From: Promethearchaeota archaeon
Lineage (GTDB): Archaea > Asgardarchaeota > Lokiarchaeia > Sigyniarchaeales > SOKP01
Assembly (NCBI GenBank): GCA_048941285.1
Contig: JBHLNS010000033.1
Coordinates: 1-39,619 of the forward strand
Direction of reading: 5' to 3'
DNA length: 39,619 nt
Part shown: positions 10,401-18,833 of the stretch, one piece after another
Position numbering within the stretch: the stretch's first letter is position 1
How the letters are laid out: every line of letters begins with the position of its first letter
Made by a program: the position numbers and the translations under genes
The notes under the pieces: generated by a model
The model's input: the letters and a program-made list of their open reading frames with translations, nothing else
The model's database searches: none
Told to the model about the DNA's origin: nothing

Positions 10401-11355
10401 CAGGATGTACGATAGCAAGATATTCTCTTGGTCCCCAATTTCTCACTTCATCAACAGTTCGCCCACCCATATTAGCAAATTTTTGATTAAGATACTTGAA
10501 TCTATCATCTTGCATTATTGCTATTCCCAATAATGATTGTTCTGAAATTTTACTGAATTGTTCTTTGGATTCTTCTAATTCTTTTTCTTTTAAAACTATA
10601 TCATTGACATCCATTATAGTACCCCTTATCCCTACAACCTTACTGTCTTTAAAAATTGGTCGTGAATGAATTCTCGCAAAGAATGTGCTTCCATCTTTTT
10701 TACGCAATATATATTGCTCTGGCTTAGTTGGATTTCCTTCTAACAAGGACTTAATTTGAATCATCGCTTTTTTTATAGAAGAAGGATCAAGAAAATCTGT
10801 AATTTTAATTCCAGTTTCTAAATCTTCAAAGGTATAACCAAATTTATGAAATGCTACACTATTAGCATATGTTAAATACAAATCTAAATTTGCTTCATAG
10901 ATGATATCCGGTAACATTTCAATGGTATCTTTATATTTTTCTTCAGATTCTTGAAGTTTTTGTTCAACTTTTTTACTATCTGTAATATCGATATTAATCC
11001 CTATGATATATTCAATTTCATTATTTACATATACGGGACTTATGATATTATAGTAATAATGCAGCATTCCATTCATTGAAAAACTTACCTCACCCTTTAC
11101 GGTTTCTCCAGAAAAGGCTTTTGAATTATTATTTCTCCATATCGCAAGAGTGTCTTCATTATTTGCCACATCCTCAGGTTTCTTTCCGATTAAGTCTCCC
11201 CAATGTTGCTTACATGTTGAATTTTGCGTGACATAATAGCCGTCTTTGTTAATTATAAAAACATCAAAAGGTAAGCTCTCAATTGATGTTTTGAAAATGG
11301 CTTCACTTTCATTAAGAGCTAAACTATTGTATTTCTTTTTTTCATCTTGAAGCAT
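7480..11355 (-). CDS. Cytoplasmic multi-PAS sensor histidine kinase (7 PAS/PAC, GAF-like region, HisKA, HATPase)
   Basis: Seven repeats starting SE-x-K-[YF]-like and ending DIT-like with coiled-coil linkers. H-box RTSHELKTPL, N-box NLVVNAIKYT, G1 VKDNGIG, G2 GTGLGL. No TM helix. Confidence 0.95.
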   Translation of the reverse strand: MLQDEKKKYNSLALNESEAIFKTSIESLPFDVFIINKDGYYVTQNSTCKQHWGDLIGKKPEDVANNEDTLAIWRNNNSKAFSGETVKGEVSFSMNGMLHYYYNIISPVYVNNEIEYIIGINIDITDSKKVEQKLQESEEKYKDTIEMLPDIIYEANLDLYLTYANSVAFHKFGYTFEDLETGIKITDFLDPSSIKKAMIQIKSLLEGNPTKPEQYILRKKDGSTFFARIHSRPIFKDSKVVGIRGTIMDVNDIVLKEKELEESKEQFSKISEQSLLGIAIMQDDRFKYLNQKFANMGGRTVDEVRNWGPREYLAIVHPEDRSRVIEQSKKRQLGLDTKISGYECRCLKKNGETMWIQTYSKTILFNGKYADLITTVDITDNKKAEQKLKESEDKFRTIAEQSLIGMCILQNFEIKYLNQQMADIYGYSLDEIKEWKPSEFIKVIHPDYKEMVIDQIKKKQKGLGNVSAHYIAKIIRKDGKTRWVENYSKNIIYQGKHADFLTQIDITDKILAEQKLSASEEKYRHLYEKSPFAILLVDLNGEIIDNNVAAELLSGFKKKELIGKNFANTNFIPREYIYTVVQDFKALLKKGIIEPKEIQLYTNDKRHVWVSYQASIITIENEKIIQIMIENISERKKVEENLKESEKKYHKLFETSPDGVVLTDLNGIILEVNSALKNITGYSPKEFLGKNFINLDIYYENAHEVLLEVYEDLLNENILDPTEFPIKTKSNKINWVRITATLINMKGKTYILAVIHDITALKEVEEAVRKNESKFRDILETSSVGVMELDIVNNKLLYINPKLLNIVGFSKDELNEDVFRHYIIHPKDLTKLLKCNEEEELEFQVKDKQGKLKWLAGKRIPHYNESGEINSIRVWVDDITEKKMYENLIYELNINFLNFTTDIRKNIDLLLDTCLKLLEGRFLLYVHKLISDEQEIYQIITSEKKIFNYSSQEFHQLFISVLFQEEHDFPQTFTDIDQIIYAKSDPFLIEHKFKGCFGKIIKSHEGPNGAVCIFYRNNPVISGIDKLVLFLICDAIEIEQRRWQVQKDLEKQNITLNKINKLKSELFSRTSHELKTPLISIKGFTELLLTLYKPKLDPEIISILKEISEGSNRLEKIINLLLDSTKLEAGQLSLNLLDEDLAFLIRFCVKELQGLAKLRDQTISLKLQEKLKTKFDKERIYEVMSNLVVNAIKYTPPGGKIVIESKINEDSYEVSVKDNGIGFTEEEKIQVFRQFGKIERYGQGWDIAADGTGLGLYITKKLVELHGGKIWLESEGRNKGTTFYFSIPILK

Positions 11356-11505
11356 ATAAAGAGCACCAATCTTTTATTAAATTTGGTCTTTATCGAATTC
11401 GATTATCTTATGATAACTATATTCACTTAATAAGAGTTAATTTATTTATATCTTCCTTTATCTATACATTTTCATATTGTGAATATACATAAACCTTGTT
11501 ATCAT

Positions 11506-12534
11506 CTATAAAATGTATTTTTTTAAGTTTTCATCATTTTTGATTTTAACATTCATTTCATTATTCAATTTGCTATAATCTGTTCCATATTTTACTTTAC
11601 CTTGTGGTTTATTTAAATCAGAATATCGTAAAGTCAATTTAGTCGCATAAATCAATGATTCTTCATCAAAATCTCCTTGTATTATGGTAGTAGGTCCGGG
11701 AACATCTTTAACTTCAATTATTAAATCATTTGGTTTTCTGAAATGAAGTAACATTTTGTTTTCAGATTCATCCCTGCCCACAATAATTTTAACATTTTTA
11801 TATCGGAAATGGCGTCCATATTTTAAAATATGAACATCCTCCATTTTCAAATCTTTGTTATATTTTAAATAATCTCTCATTCGTTTAGCAAAATTAGCAT
11901 CTGTTAAAAGGCAACCTCCGCAGGCATAATAATTCTCCAATAGTAAATATTTTCTAGCTAATTCCAATTGAATTTTCCTACTCCTTCCATTTATCCCTAA
12001 TAATTTTTTTCTATCTATAAGCCCTTGCTCCTCATATATTGTAGGACTTAATTGAAGGGCTGATAAAGGTCTTAGAAGTTTCCCTTCAAGCCCAGATTCT
12101 TTTTCTACTATCTTAAGCGCTTTCATATGTTGAGATTTTGGCCGTTGATTAAGAACTTCTCCGGTAAATATAAAATCAGCTCCTACTTTATCTTTAAACT
12201 CTTTAGCTTTTTTTAAAATATAAATTCTGCAATCAATACAAGGATTTAGATTCTTTCCATATCCAAATTTAGGATTCCGAATAAGATCCAAATATTCATC
12301 TCCCTTAGGTAGAGTATAAACTTTTATTCCTAATTTATCATGGAATAAATTTAGTCCACAATCAGAGTGACTAAGTACTTTGTCACATAAGCAAAAGGGG
12401 GATTTGAAATTCAATCCAATTATTTCAATTCCTTGAAGTTGCAGCAATAGACAAGCAGTTAAACTGTCTAATCCACCAGATACTAGTCCAAGTCCGATTG
12501 TTTTACCTTTATTTTCCACTTTTTTATCCTGCAA
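11506..12534 (-). CDS. PP-loop ATPase, ThiI/MnmA-like putative tRNA sulfurtransferase with C-terminal NFACT-R (DUF814)-like domain
   Basis: SGGLDS PP-loop, GYGKNLNPCIDCR, TGEVLNQRPKSQ, GKLLRPLSA, GGCLLTD, GRHFR...IIVGRDESEN...GPT; TTG start. Confidence 0.85.
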   Translation of the reverse strand: MQDKKVENKGKTIGLGLVSGGLDSLTACLLLQLQGIEIIGLNFKSPFCLCDKVLSHSDCGLNLFHDKLGIKVYTLPKGDEYLDLIRNPKFGYGKNLNPCIDCRIYILKKAKEFKDKVGADFIFTGEVLNQRPKSQHMKALKIVEKESGLEGKLLRPLSALQLSPTIYEEQGLIDRKKLLGINGRSRKIQLELARKYLLLENYYACGGCLLTDANFAKRMRDYLKYNKDLKMEDVHILKYGRHFRYKNVKIIVGRDESENKMLLHFRKPNDLIIEVKDVPGPTTIIQGDFDEESLIYATKLTLRYSDLNKPQGKVKYGTDYSKLNNEMNVKIKNDENLKKYIL

Positions 12535-12635
12535 TGTATCAAATAGTTAAGAATATAATCAAAATTAATTAAAAGCTCGATATCTTTTATTTTTTTCTTT
12601 AATTAAAAATAACTCTCGTATTTTGAAAAATTAGT

Positions 12636-13244
12636 TTAATAGTAATCCCTTATCATCGCCCAATTAATTACATTAGTGTCTGGTATTCGATATTCTTCCA
12701 GAATTTTAAACCCAAAGCGCTTATATATATGCAAATTTCTCTCATTATTAGTATCTAGAAAACAAGGTAGTTTCTCTTTATCAATTTGATTAATCATAGA
12801 ATTAAATAATATGCGCGACAATCCTTTTCCTTGAAAGAGTGGATTTATAGCTATGATCGATAAATACCAATGAGGAGAAGGCATGAGCTTTATGTGTCTC
12901 GAAAGAATGTATTTGTATAATTTATTTTGTTTTTTAACAGATTTACTACCAAGTTTAAAAAAATAAGGAATTCCACCATTAAGAATACCCATCAATGGTG
13001 TTATTTTCACTTTATGAGATGGAAACCATATAGCGATTCCTTCTAATTTTGATGATGTGGCATTTACTACACCATAATTTATACCTATGCGAATCAACAA
13101 TTCCATCATTGATTTTAATTTCCTTTTTCTCTCTTTATGCTTTGGAAATAAAAATAGCATTAATGGATCATTAAAAAATGCTTCACTAACAGCATCACTT
13201 GCTGGTTTTATTTGATTTTTTGCCAATAAAATAAGATTACTCAA
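12636..13244 (-). CDS. GNAT family N-acetyltransferase
   Basis: AFFNDPL, HWYLSIIAINPLFQGKG (motif A) and FLDTNNERNLHIYKRFGF (motif B); TTG start. Confidence 0.92.
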   Translation of the reverse strand: MSNLILLAKNQIKPASDAVSEAFFNDPLMLFLFPKHKERKRKLKSMMELLIRIGINYGVVNATSSKLEGIAIWFPSHKVKITPLMGILNGGIPYFFKLGSKSVKKQNKLYKYILSRHIKLMPSPHWYLSIIAINPLFQGKGLSRILFNSMINQIDKEKLPCFLDTNNERNLHIYKRFGFKILEEYRIPDTNVINWAMIRDYY

Positions 13245-13445
13245 AGTATTCCCTTAATTTAAAAAAAATTCTCTTATACCTTAATATCCCTAAATATATA
13301 ATATGGTTCGATAATTTAAATTCGTTGAGAATTACAAATTCTTTGAAAGAATTATTTGAAATTATTAAAATCTGGATTTTGAATCTCTATAATAGAAAAC
13401 CTAAAAAAAAATCAAAAATACATTTCTTTATAAGAAAAATATAAA

Positions 13446-13454
13446 TTTTAAATA
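13446..13454 (+). promoter_or_regulatory. Candidate TATA box of tRNA-Cys
   Basis: TTTTAAATA about 26-34 nt upstream of the mature tRNA 5' end, preceded by an A-rich BRE-like tract. The AT-rich context limits certainty. Confidence 0.4.
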
Positions 13455-13479
13455 AAAATAAACAACTTAATATTTGTAA

Positions 13480-13574
13480 GCCAGTGTTGCCGAGTCGTAA
13501 GGCGATGGCCTGCAGGCTCCTTTTTTAAGGAAGATAGCCATTTATCATGGGTTCAAATCCCATCACTGGCTCCA
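13480..13574 (+). tRNA. tRNA-Cys(GCA) with 20-nt intron at canonical position 37/38 and encoded CCA
   Basis: Acceptor stem GCCAGTG/CACTGGC, D-stem GCC/GGC, anticodon stem ATGGC/GCCAT with CT-GCA-G, intron 13516-13535, T-arm ATGGG-TTCAAAT-CCCAT, U73 discriminator, CCA at 13572-13574, then a T-tract. Confidence 0.95.
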
Positions 13575-13603
13575 TTTTTGTTTCTGTATTACATTTTTAA
13601 ATA

Positions 13604-13909
13604 TTATACCCTCTCAGTATATCCAATAAAACCAGCAAGTAATATCAAGATTCCTCCAATTAAGCTATCAAAAATAAGCAGAACAAGACCTATCACGACA
13701 CAAATTATCCAATTTAATTCAATAAATTTGTGTGGGATAATTACACTAATTAAAATGATAGCTGCTAAAATTATGAATATAATTAGCAAAATAACTCGTG
13801 TAGCTTCAATATTCCTGTCATTAAATCCCATAATTGCTTCTATTATTGCTACAACTGCTCCAATAACTGCTAATAATTTCATTATATCTTCATTTTGCAT
13901 ATTTAACAT
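13604..13909 (-). CDS. Small multi-pass membrane protein, unknown function
   Basis: Three to four hydrophobic helices, C-terminal GGILILLAGFIG. Start may be Met at 13909 or 13900. Confidence 0.75.
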   Translation of the reverse strand: MLNMQNEDIMKLLAVIGAVVAIIEAIMGFNDRNIEATRVILLIIFIILAAIILISVIIPHKFIELNWIICVVIGLVLLIFDSLIGGILILLAGFIGYTERV

Positions 13910-14057
13910 CCATATCTGTTATTAATCTTAAAAAATATAATATTTGAACTATCATGATTTAGCATAATTAATTTTTGTATATTTTTAAATAAAAAAATAT
14001 AATATATATTTTCTAAAAAATATTACATGTATTACTGAAATTAGCAAAAACAAATGC

Positions 14058-15329
14058 GTGACAAATTTTATGCTAACAAGTGAAATTGTTGAAGATGAGA
14101 GAATACGCGATATTATTAATTCAGACTACAAGAATAACGATTTTGTGGAATTAATGCGAGTAATTACACAAGAAGGGATTCAATCTAATGCGTATTATAA
14201 AGAACATGCTAACAAGGAAAACTTTAATCTAGATGATTTAAATAAAATTGAGGATTTAGCTTTAATTCCATATATCTCAGCTCCTCTTTTCAAAGAATCA
14301 GCTGGAATGTTTGAGAAACTCTTAAAAATTCCTCGAAAATCTCCTGAGTTTGAGCTATGGAACGTTTCTTCTTGCACTTCGGGTGATCCATCTTTAGTGG
14401 GGCGTTCTAAAGAGGATATCGAACTTTTAGCAAGTATGACTATCAAATGTATTTATGAATTCATTCCAATTCCCAAGGATGAATGGTTTAATACTATCTC
14501 ATTTGATTTTGCTCCAAATGTCACATTCTTAAATAGAATTGCTATGAGATACACAAAAGTTAGACCTATCAAATTATATGGAAGTATATTGCACGAAATT
14601 TCAACGAGAATGTCAAATCCGAAATTTCTAATTAAATTTTTTATTCTTAAAGCGTTCAAAGAAATTATTAAAAAACGGAGTCTTGTAGGTGCATTTGGAA
14701 TAAATACCAAATATGTATTTAATCAAGTGAGAAAAAACTCGGAAAAACCGTTGGATAAACAGAAACATATCTCATTTGGAGGAAGTATTCAACTTCTAAA
14801 CACCTTTATGAACAAAATCATGAAAGAAAAAAATATAAAATTTGACTTACCAAATAGCGTTGTGAATTTTGGTGGTGGCGGATGGGATGGGCATAAATCT
14901 CAATTAAAATACCCTCCAATCGATAAAGTTAAATTTGTTTCTGATTGTATAGAGTCATTTGGCACTAAATCTGATAGAATCACGGATATGTATGGTTTTA
15001 CGGAGACCCCAATAACTTTTGGGAGTCATTGGTCTGAGAAACATCAAGATTTTATATTCCATTGCCCCTCTCAAGCGAGAATATTAATTAGAGATTTAAA
15101 TAGTCTTGATCCTTTAAACCAAAAGGGTGATAGGGGACTTTTGGAAGTCCTAACACCTTTTGGTGTGGCTGCTTCTGTAAATCACGCTATAATTGTAGAT
15201 GATTTAGTAGAGATAGTATCAAAGAATAAATGTACTGAGTGTGGATATGAAGGTGATACATTTATAGTGCATGGTAGGATTGAAAATAAACAAGGCTTAG
15301 GATGTTCTTCAATATTAGAATGGATATAA
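14058..15329 (+). CDS. LuxE/PaaK-like acyl-protein synthetase (ANL adenylating superfamily)
   Basis: IPYISAPLFKE, SSCTSGDPS P-loop, GGGGWDG, DMYGFTE, GLLEVLTP...DD, HGR...GLGCS C-terminal Cys as in LuxE; GTG start. Confidence 0.82.
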   Translation: MTNFMLTSEIVEDERIRDIINSDYKNNDFVELMRVITQEGIQSNAYYKEHANKENFNLDDLNKIEDLALIPYISAPLFKESAGMFEKLLKIPRKSPEFELWNVSSCTSGDPSLVGRSKEDIELLASMTIKCIYEFIPIPKDEWFNTISFDFAPNVTFLNRIAMRYTKVRPIKLYGSILHEISTRMSNPKFLIKFFILKAFKEIIKKRSLVGAFGINTKYVFNQVRKNSEKPLDKQKHISFGGSIQLLNTFMNKIMKEKNIKFDLPNSVVNFGGGGWDGHKSQLKYPPIDKVKFVSDCIESFGTKSDRITDMYGFTETPITFGSHWSEKHQDFIFHCPSQARILIRDLNSLDPLNQKGDRGLLEVLTPFGVAASVNHAIIVDDLVEIVSKNKCTECGYEGDTFIVHGRIENKQGLGCSSILEWI

Positions 15330-15497
15330 TCATTTAAGAAATAAAATGGCCCTTTTTCACAAATCATTTTTTTAAATTGAATTATAGCATCGTAAAAATT
15401 TGAAAAATCGGACTATATATCTTTTATAGCTTTTTTTTACCACTTTTTAATTAATAAAAAAAAAATATATCGATAATAAAGCTATAAGTGTGAAAAA

Positions 15498-15632
15498 ATG
15501 AGGAAAGGACCTGTTTGTTATATATATTATGCTATAAAAAATAAACGTGAGTTAAAATTAGAACAAGAAAAAAGAACCTCAGAAAATAAAGATTTAATCT
15601 CTCAAACTGAACTTTACAGCTCACACCAATAA
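15498..15632 (+). CDS. Candidate small protein, 44 aa (MRKGPVCYIYYAIKNKRELKLEQEKRTSENKDLISQTELYSSHQ)
   Basis: ATG after a GTGTGA SD-like element, open to TAA 15630-15632, followed directly by a long T-tract. Fills an otherwise empty 360-nt gap. Confidence 0.5.
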   Translation: MRKGPVCYIYYAIKNKRELKLEQEKRTSENKDLISQTELYSSHQ

Positions 15633-15633
15633 C

Positions 15634-15644
15634 TTTTTTTTTCT
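15634..15644 (+). terminator. Oligo-T archaeal-type terminator candidate
   Basis: TTTTTTTTTCT directly after the small ORF stop. Confidence 0.4.
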
Positions 15645-15689
15645 AATAAACAAAATTCTTCTAAAATTTCATAGAAAAATTAAATAAAT

Positions 15690-17411
15690 TTAGACTCCGT
15701 TCACAATTTTAACTTTTGGAGTATAATAATTGCCAATTTCATAATTATTAAAATTAATGCTATAATGATTGCGCCAATGAGTTTTTACATCTTCAAGCAT
15801 AGCATCCATAACACTGTCTTTAACTTTTCCCTCAGCACATAACGTAGTTCCCATGGGAGTTGCTATAATTTCACCATCTTTTACAACAATTTGTCCTTCT
15901 TTTATTGTATAAGCCGCTAATGAAAATGCTTTTTCTATCGCATTGCCATCATACTTTTTAGGATCTATATTGTATATTGCCACATCACCAATTGCTCCTA
16001 TACCTAAATGCCCTCTATCGGTCATTCCTAAGCATTTAGCAGTCCCTGCCCGTGAAATAGTAGCAATTTCATATAAATTCAATTCACGATCAATGTCTTT
16101 TAATTCTGTTTTCTCTGATGCTTTTTTAGAACATTGATTTAAAAGAACATCATCCCTAGATTTTTTGTCCATTAACCATCGAATTATTTGAGGATAAGAT
16201 GTAAATGGACCTCCATTTGGATGATCTGTAGTCATAAATACCTGCCATGGATTCTTAGTTAGTAATACTAATTCTAGCCCAACACACCATTGAATTGCAT
16301 TAACTGCAACTTTTGGACTAAATTGATAAGGTACAATACCAGACCCTGATTCTCCTTCAACTTGCCCATTAATCCATTTAATTCCAGGCTTTACGCCCCA
16401 TGGCGAACTGCCACCAATATGATGAAGGGCAAACTCCCAAGGACCATCTGCAGTCATAGTCGTAGTGGCAGCTTTACCAAAAATCACTTGACCTGCGTCT
16501 ATAGTTAAATGATCATGTGAATTTAAATATTCAGCAATGTCAGCTGCACCAGATTCGAAATCTCCCCAGTTTGTACCACCATATGCATTAAATTGACAAT
16601 GAGTTAAATGAAAAGCTGATTTTCTTCCATCTTTTGGTTTAATCTTCTCAACAGCTTTGAAAGTTTCAATAGTATGTTCTTTATTCCCGGGATGTCCTAA
16701 ATTGTTAGCATGGACATGAATAGTATGTGGTAATTTTAAAATTTCATTAACTTTTGCTAAACTTTCTAAAATTTCTCTCGGAGTTACCTCGAAATGAAAT
16801 ACAGGTGAATCAAGGCTATCAACATTTTTTCCCCATGCCCAATTTTCGACACCTCCGGGATTTACTATTTTTACGGCATATCCTTTGGTTGCTTTTAAGA
16901 TCCAAGCAATATATGCTGCTAGTTTTTCATAATCTTTCTGTTTAATATATTCCATCACGAACCAATTGTTACCAAACAATGGAAATGCACAAGTGTCAAT
17001 TATTGGTGTATCTAAAAATTCTTCATGAGTATGTCGGGCTTTTAAAAGAGGCATTGCAGGTTCAACAACCGTCGTATATCCCAACCTAGCGTATCGATAT
17101 CCAGTTGCCCATGTCGATGGTACTGCCCAACCGGTTCCACTTCGAGTTAATTTAGTACGTTTTTCATTACATTCTTCAGGTTTATCATCGGGGCGAAATG
17201 ACCGTCCAGCATTTACTTTTGTTCCTGCTATATGCGAATGAATGTCAACTCCTCCCGGCATGATTATCATTCCAGAAACATCAATTACTTTCGCATCATT
17301 ATTCACTTTTTCTACGATAGTACCATCTTTAATATGGATCTCTTTCTTTTCACCATCAATATTGTTTATTGGGTCATATACAATGCCGTTTTTAATAATC
17401 AAATCTTTCAT
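15690..17411 (-). CDS. fwdA: Formylmethanofuran dehydrogenase subunit A (amidohydrolase)
   Basis: PGGVDIHSHIAG, TGYRYARLGYT, YAVKIVNPGG, HVHANNLGHPGN, HLTHCQF, MTADGP, TTDHPNGGPF, GHLGIGAIGD. Confidence 0.96.
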   Translation of the reverse strand: MKDLIIKNGIVYDPINNIDGEKKEIHIKDGTIVEKVNNDAKVIDVSGMIIMPGGVDIHSHIAGTKVNAGRSFRPDDKPEECNEKRTKLTRSGTGWAVPSTWATGYRYARLGYTTVVEPAMPLLKARHTHEEFLDTPIIDTCAFPLFGNNWFVMEYIKQKDYEKLAAYIAWILKATKGYAVKIVNPGGVENWAWGKNVDSLDSPVFHFEVTPREILESLAKVNEILKLPHTIHVHANNLGHPGNKEHTIETFKAVEKIKPKDGRKSAFHLTHCQFNAYGGTNWGDFESGAADIAEYLNSHDHLTIDAGQVIFGKAATTTMTADGPWEFALHHIGGSSPWGVKPGIKWINGQVEGESGSGIVPYQFSPKVAVNAIQWCVGLELVLLTKNPWQVFMTTDHPNGGPFTSYPQIIRWLMDKKSRDDVLLNQCSKKASEKTELKDIDRELNLYEIATISRAGTAKCLGMTDRGHLGIGAIGDVAIYNIDPKKYDGNAIEKAFSLAAYTIKEGQIVVKDGEIIATPMGTTLCAEGKVKDSVMDAMLEDVKTHWRNHYSINFNNYEIGNYYTPKVKIVNGV

Positions 17412-17706
17412 TGTAATAGTCCTTATGCTGTTATTTCTAAATATTTTGTACTAATAATCTTTTGGAATAAATCCAATATTTTAAAGAATCTATTATTTTT
17501 ATAAAGATTTATTATAAATTTTAAACAAATCAGTGAAATGCATTATACCCTATATTTGTTTATAATATACAATTTTTCTTATTATGTCTAAACTTAAATA
17601 ATAGTTCTTTTTCTTTTAGATTGTTCTAAAAAAAGTAGTAATGGGATATTAATGCTAGGAGAATTCAGTACATAGGCATTTATTAAAGCTTTCTGGGTAT
17701 TTCCTC

Positions 17707-18084
17707 ATGATAAAGATTTTTGTCGTTGATGATGATCAATCTCTTCAGAGACTTTATAGTATAATCTTAACTGAAGCTGGTTTTGAGATTATTGGGACTG
17801 CTATAAATGGGAAAGATGCAATTGAGAAATATAACGACTTAGAAGTAAAACCAGATATTATCCTAATGGATCATAGGATGCCAATAAAAAATGGACTTGA
17901 CACTATGGCCGAAATTTTCAAGATTAACAAGAATGAGAAAATTATTTTCGCAAGTGCTGATGCTACTGTAAAAAAGAAAGCGAAATCTATTGGAGCATGC
18001 GCGTTTCTAGATAAACCATTCAAAATTCAGGAACTACTGTTAATAATTCACCAAATCATAAATGGTTTATTTGTTGAGTATTAA
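17707..18084 (+). CDS. Stand-alone response regulator receiver (CheY-like)
   Basis: VVDDD, ILMDHRMP (phospho-Asp), FASAD, KPF; no output domain. Confidence 0.93.
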   Translation: MIKIFVVDDDQSLQRLYSIILTEAGFEIIGTAINGKDAIEKYNDLEVKPDIILMDHRMPIKNGLDTMAEIFKINKNEKIIFASADATVKKKAKSIGACAFLDKPFKIQELLLIIHQIINGLFVEY

Positions 18085-18318
18085 TTTGTTTGTTATTGAT
18101 AATAACTGAAAATTGTTATTCTATATAAAATTAAAATAAAAAACTCAAATTGGGGCAAATTATATTACTTACACATTGTTTGAATTAATAATTAGGTTCT
18201 AATCCCAAATTATTATGTAATACCTTTTTGTTAAAATTAGATTAATATTATATATGTGTATTATTCTAGTTAATTATAAAAAAAACTTAAATTAAAATAA
18301 ATAAAAAAGTGTAATTTT

Positions 18319-18777
18319 ATGGGTGCTGGTAAAGTATTATGTATTATAGGAGGGATCGTAACACTCTTAGCTACTTTCTTGTTTTCATTTGTTACTAATT
18401 TCTTCGGCATTGGATTTATTATGAATATTCCTGCTTTATTCTCAACTGGAGATGTACTGGTAATAATTATGGCAATCGTCTTTATTATCTTTTTATTGGC
18501 AGGCCTTTTTATTATATTAGGTCTTAAGAGTCGAGCATTAGCCATAATAGGAGCTATTCTTGCAATTGTAGTAGGTGTTTATTTCATGTTATCCTTTGTG
18601 GGAGTTTTACCATTCACAATCTCTCAATTCGCCATCATGTTTGCCCACCTACCATTAGTTGCAAACATTATCCCTATAGATCTAATGTTGGGACCCTATG
18701 GACTTGGGACTTATCTCTTAATTGCTGGGGGAGTTTTAGGTTTAATTGGTGGGATTATGGGTCCTGATGGCTTTTAA
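18319..18777 (+). CDS. Gly-rich multi-pass membrane protein, unknown function
   Basis: Four or more hydrophobic segments with GG/GxxxG motifs, followed by a T-tract. Confidence 0.8.
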   Translation: MGAGKVLCIIGGIVTLLATFLFSFVTNFFGIGFIMNIPALFSTGDVLVIIMAIVFIIFLLAGLFIILGLKSRALAIIGAILAIVVGVYFMLSFVGVLPFTISQFAIMFAHLPLVANIIPIDLMLGPYGLGTYLLIAGGVLGLIGGIMGPDGF

Positions 18778-18788
18778 ATTAAAATAAA

Positions 18789-18814
18789 TTTTCTTTTTTT
18801 TTTCTTTCCTTTTT
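18789..18814 (+). terminator. Oligo-T terminator candidate
   Basis: TTTTCTTTTTTTTTTCTTTCCTTTTT 11 nt after the stop codon, between convergent genes. Confidence 0.5.
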
Positions 18815-18833
18815 CAAGATAATTTAAAGGAAT

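Noticed and set aside
13335-13380. Short palindromes AATTCTTTGAAAGAATT and AAAATCTGGATTTT (also TTCAAATTTAAAATTTGAA near 32790)
   Set aside because: Almost pure A/T, so expected by chance at this composition.
13480-15329. tRNA-Cys as integration site of a genomic island
   Set aside because: No integrase and no duplicated tRNA 3' end seen in the window, and no evident compositional shift.
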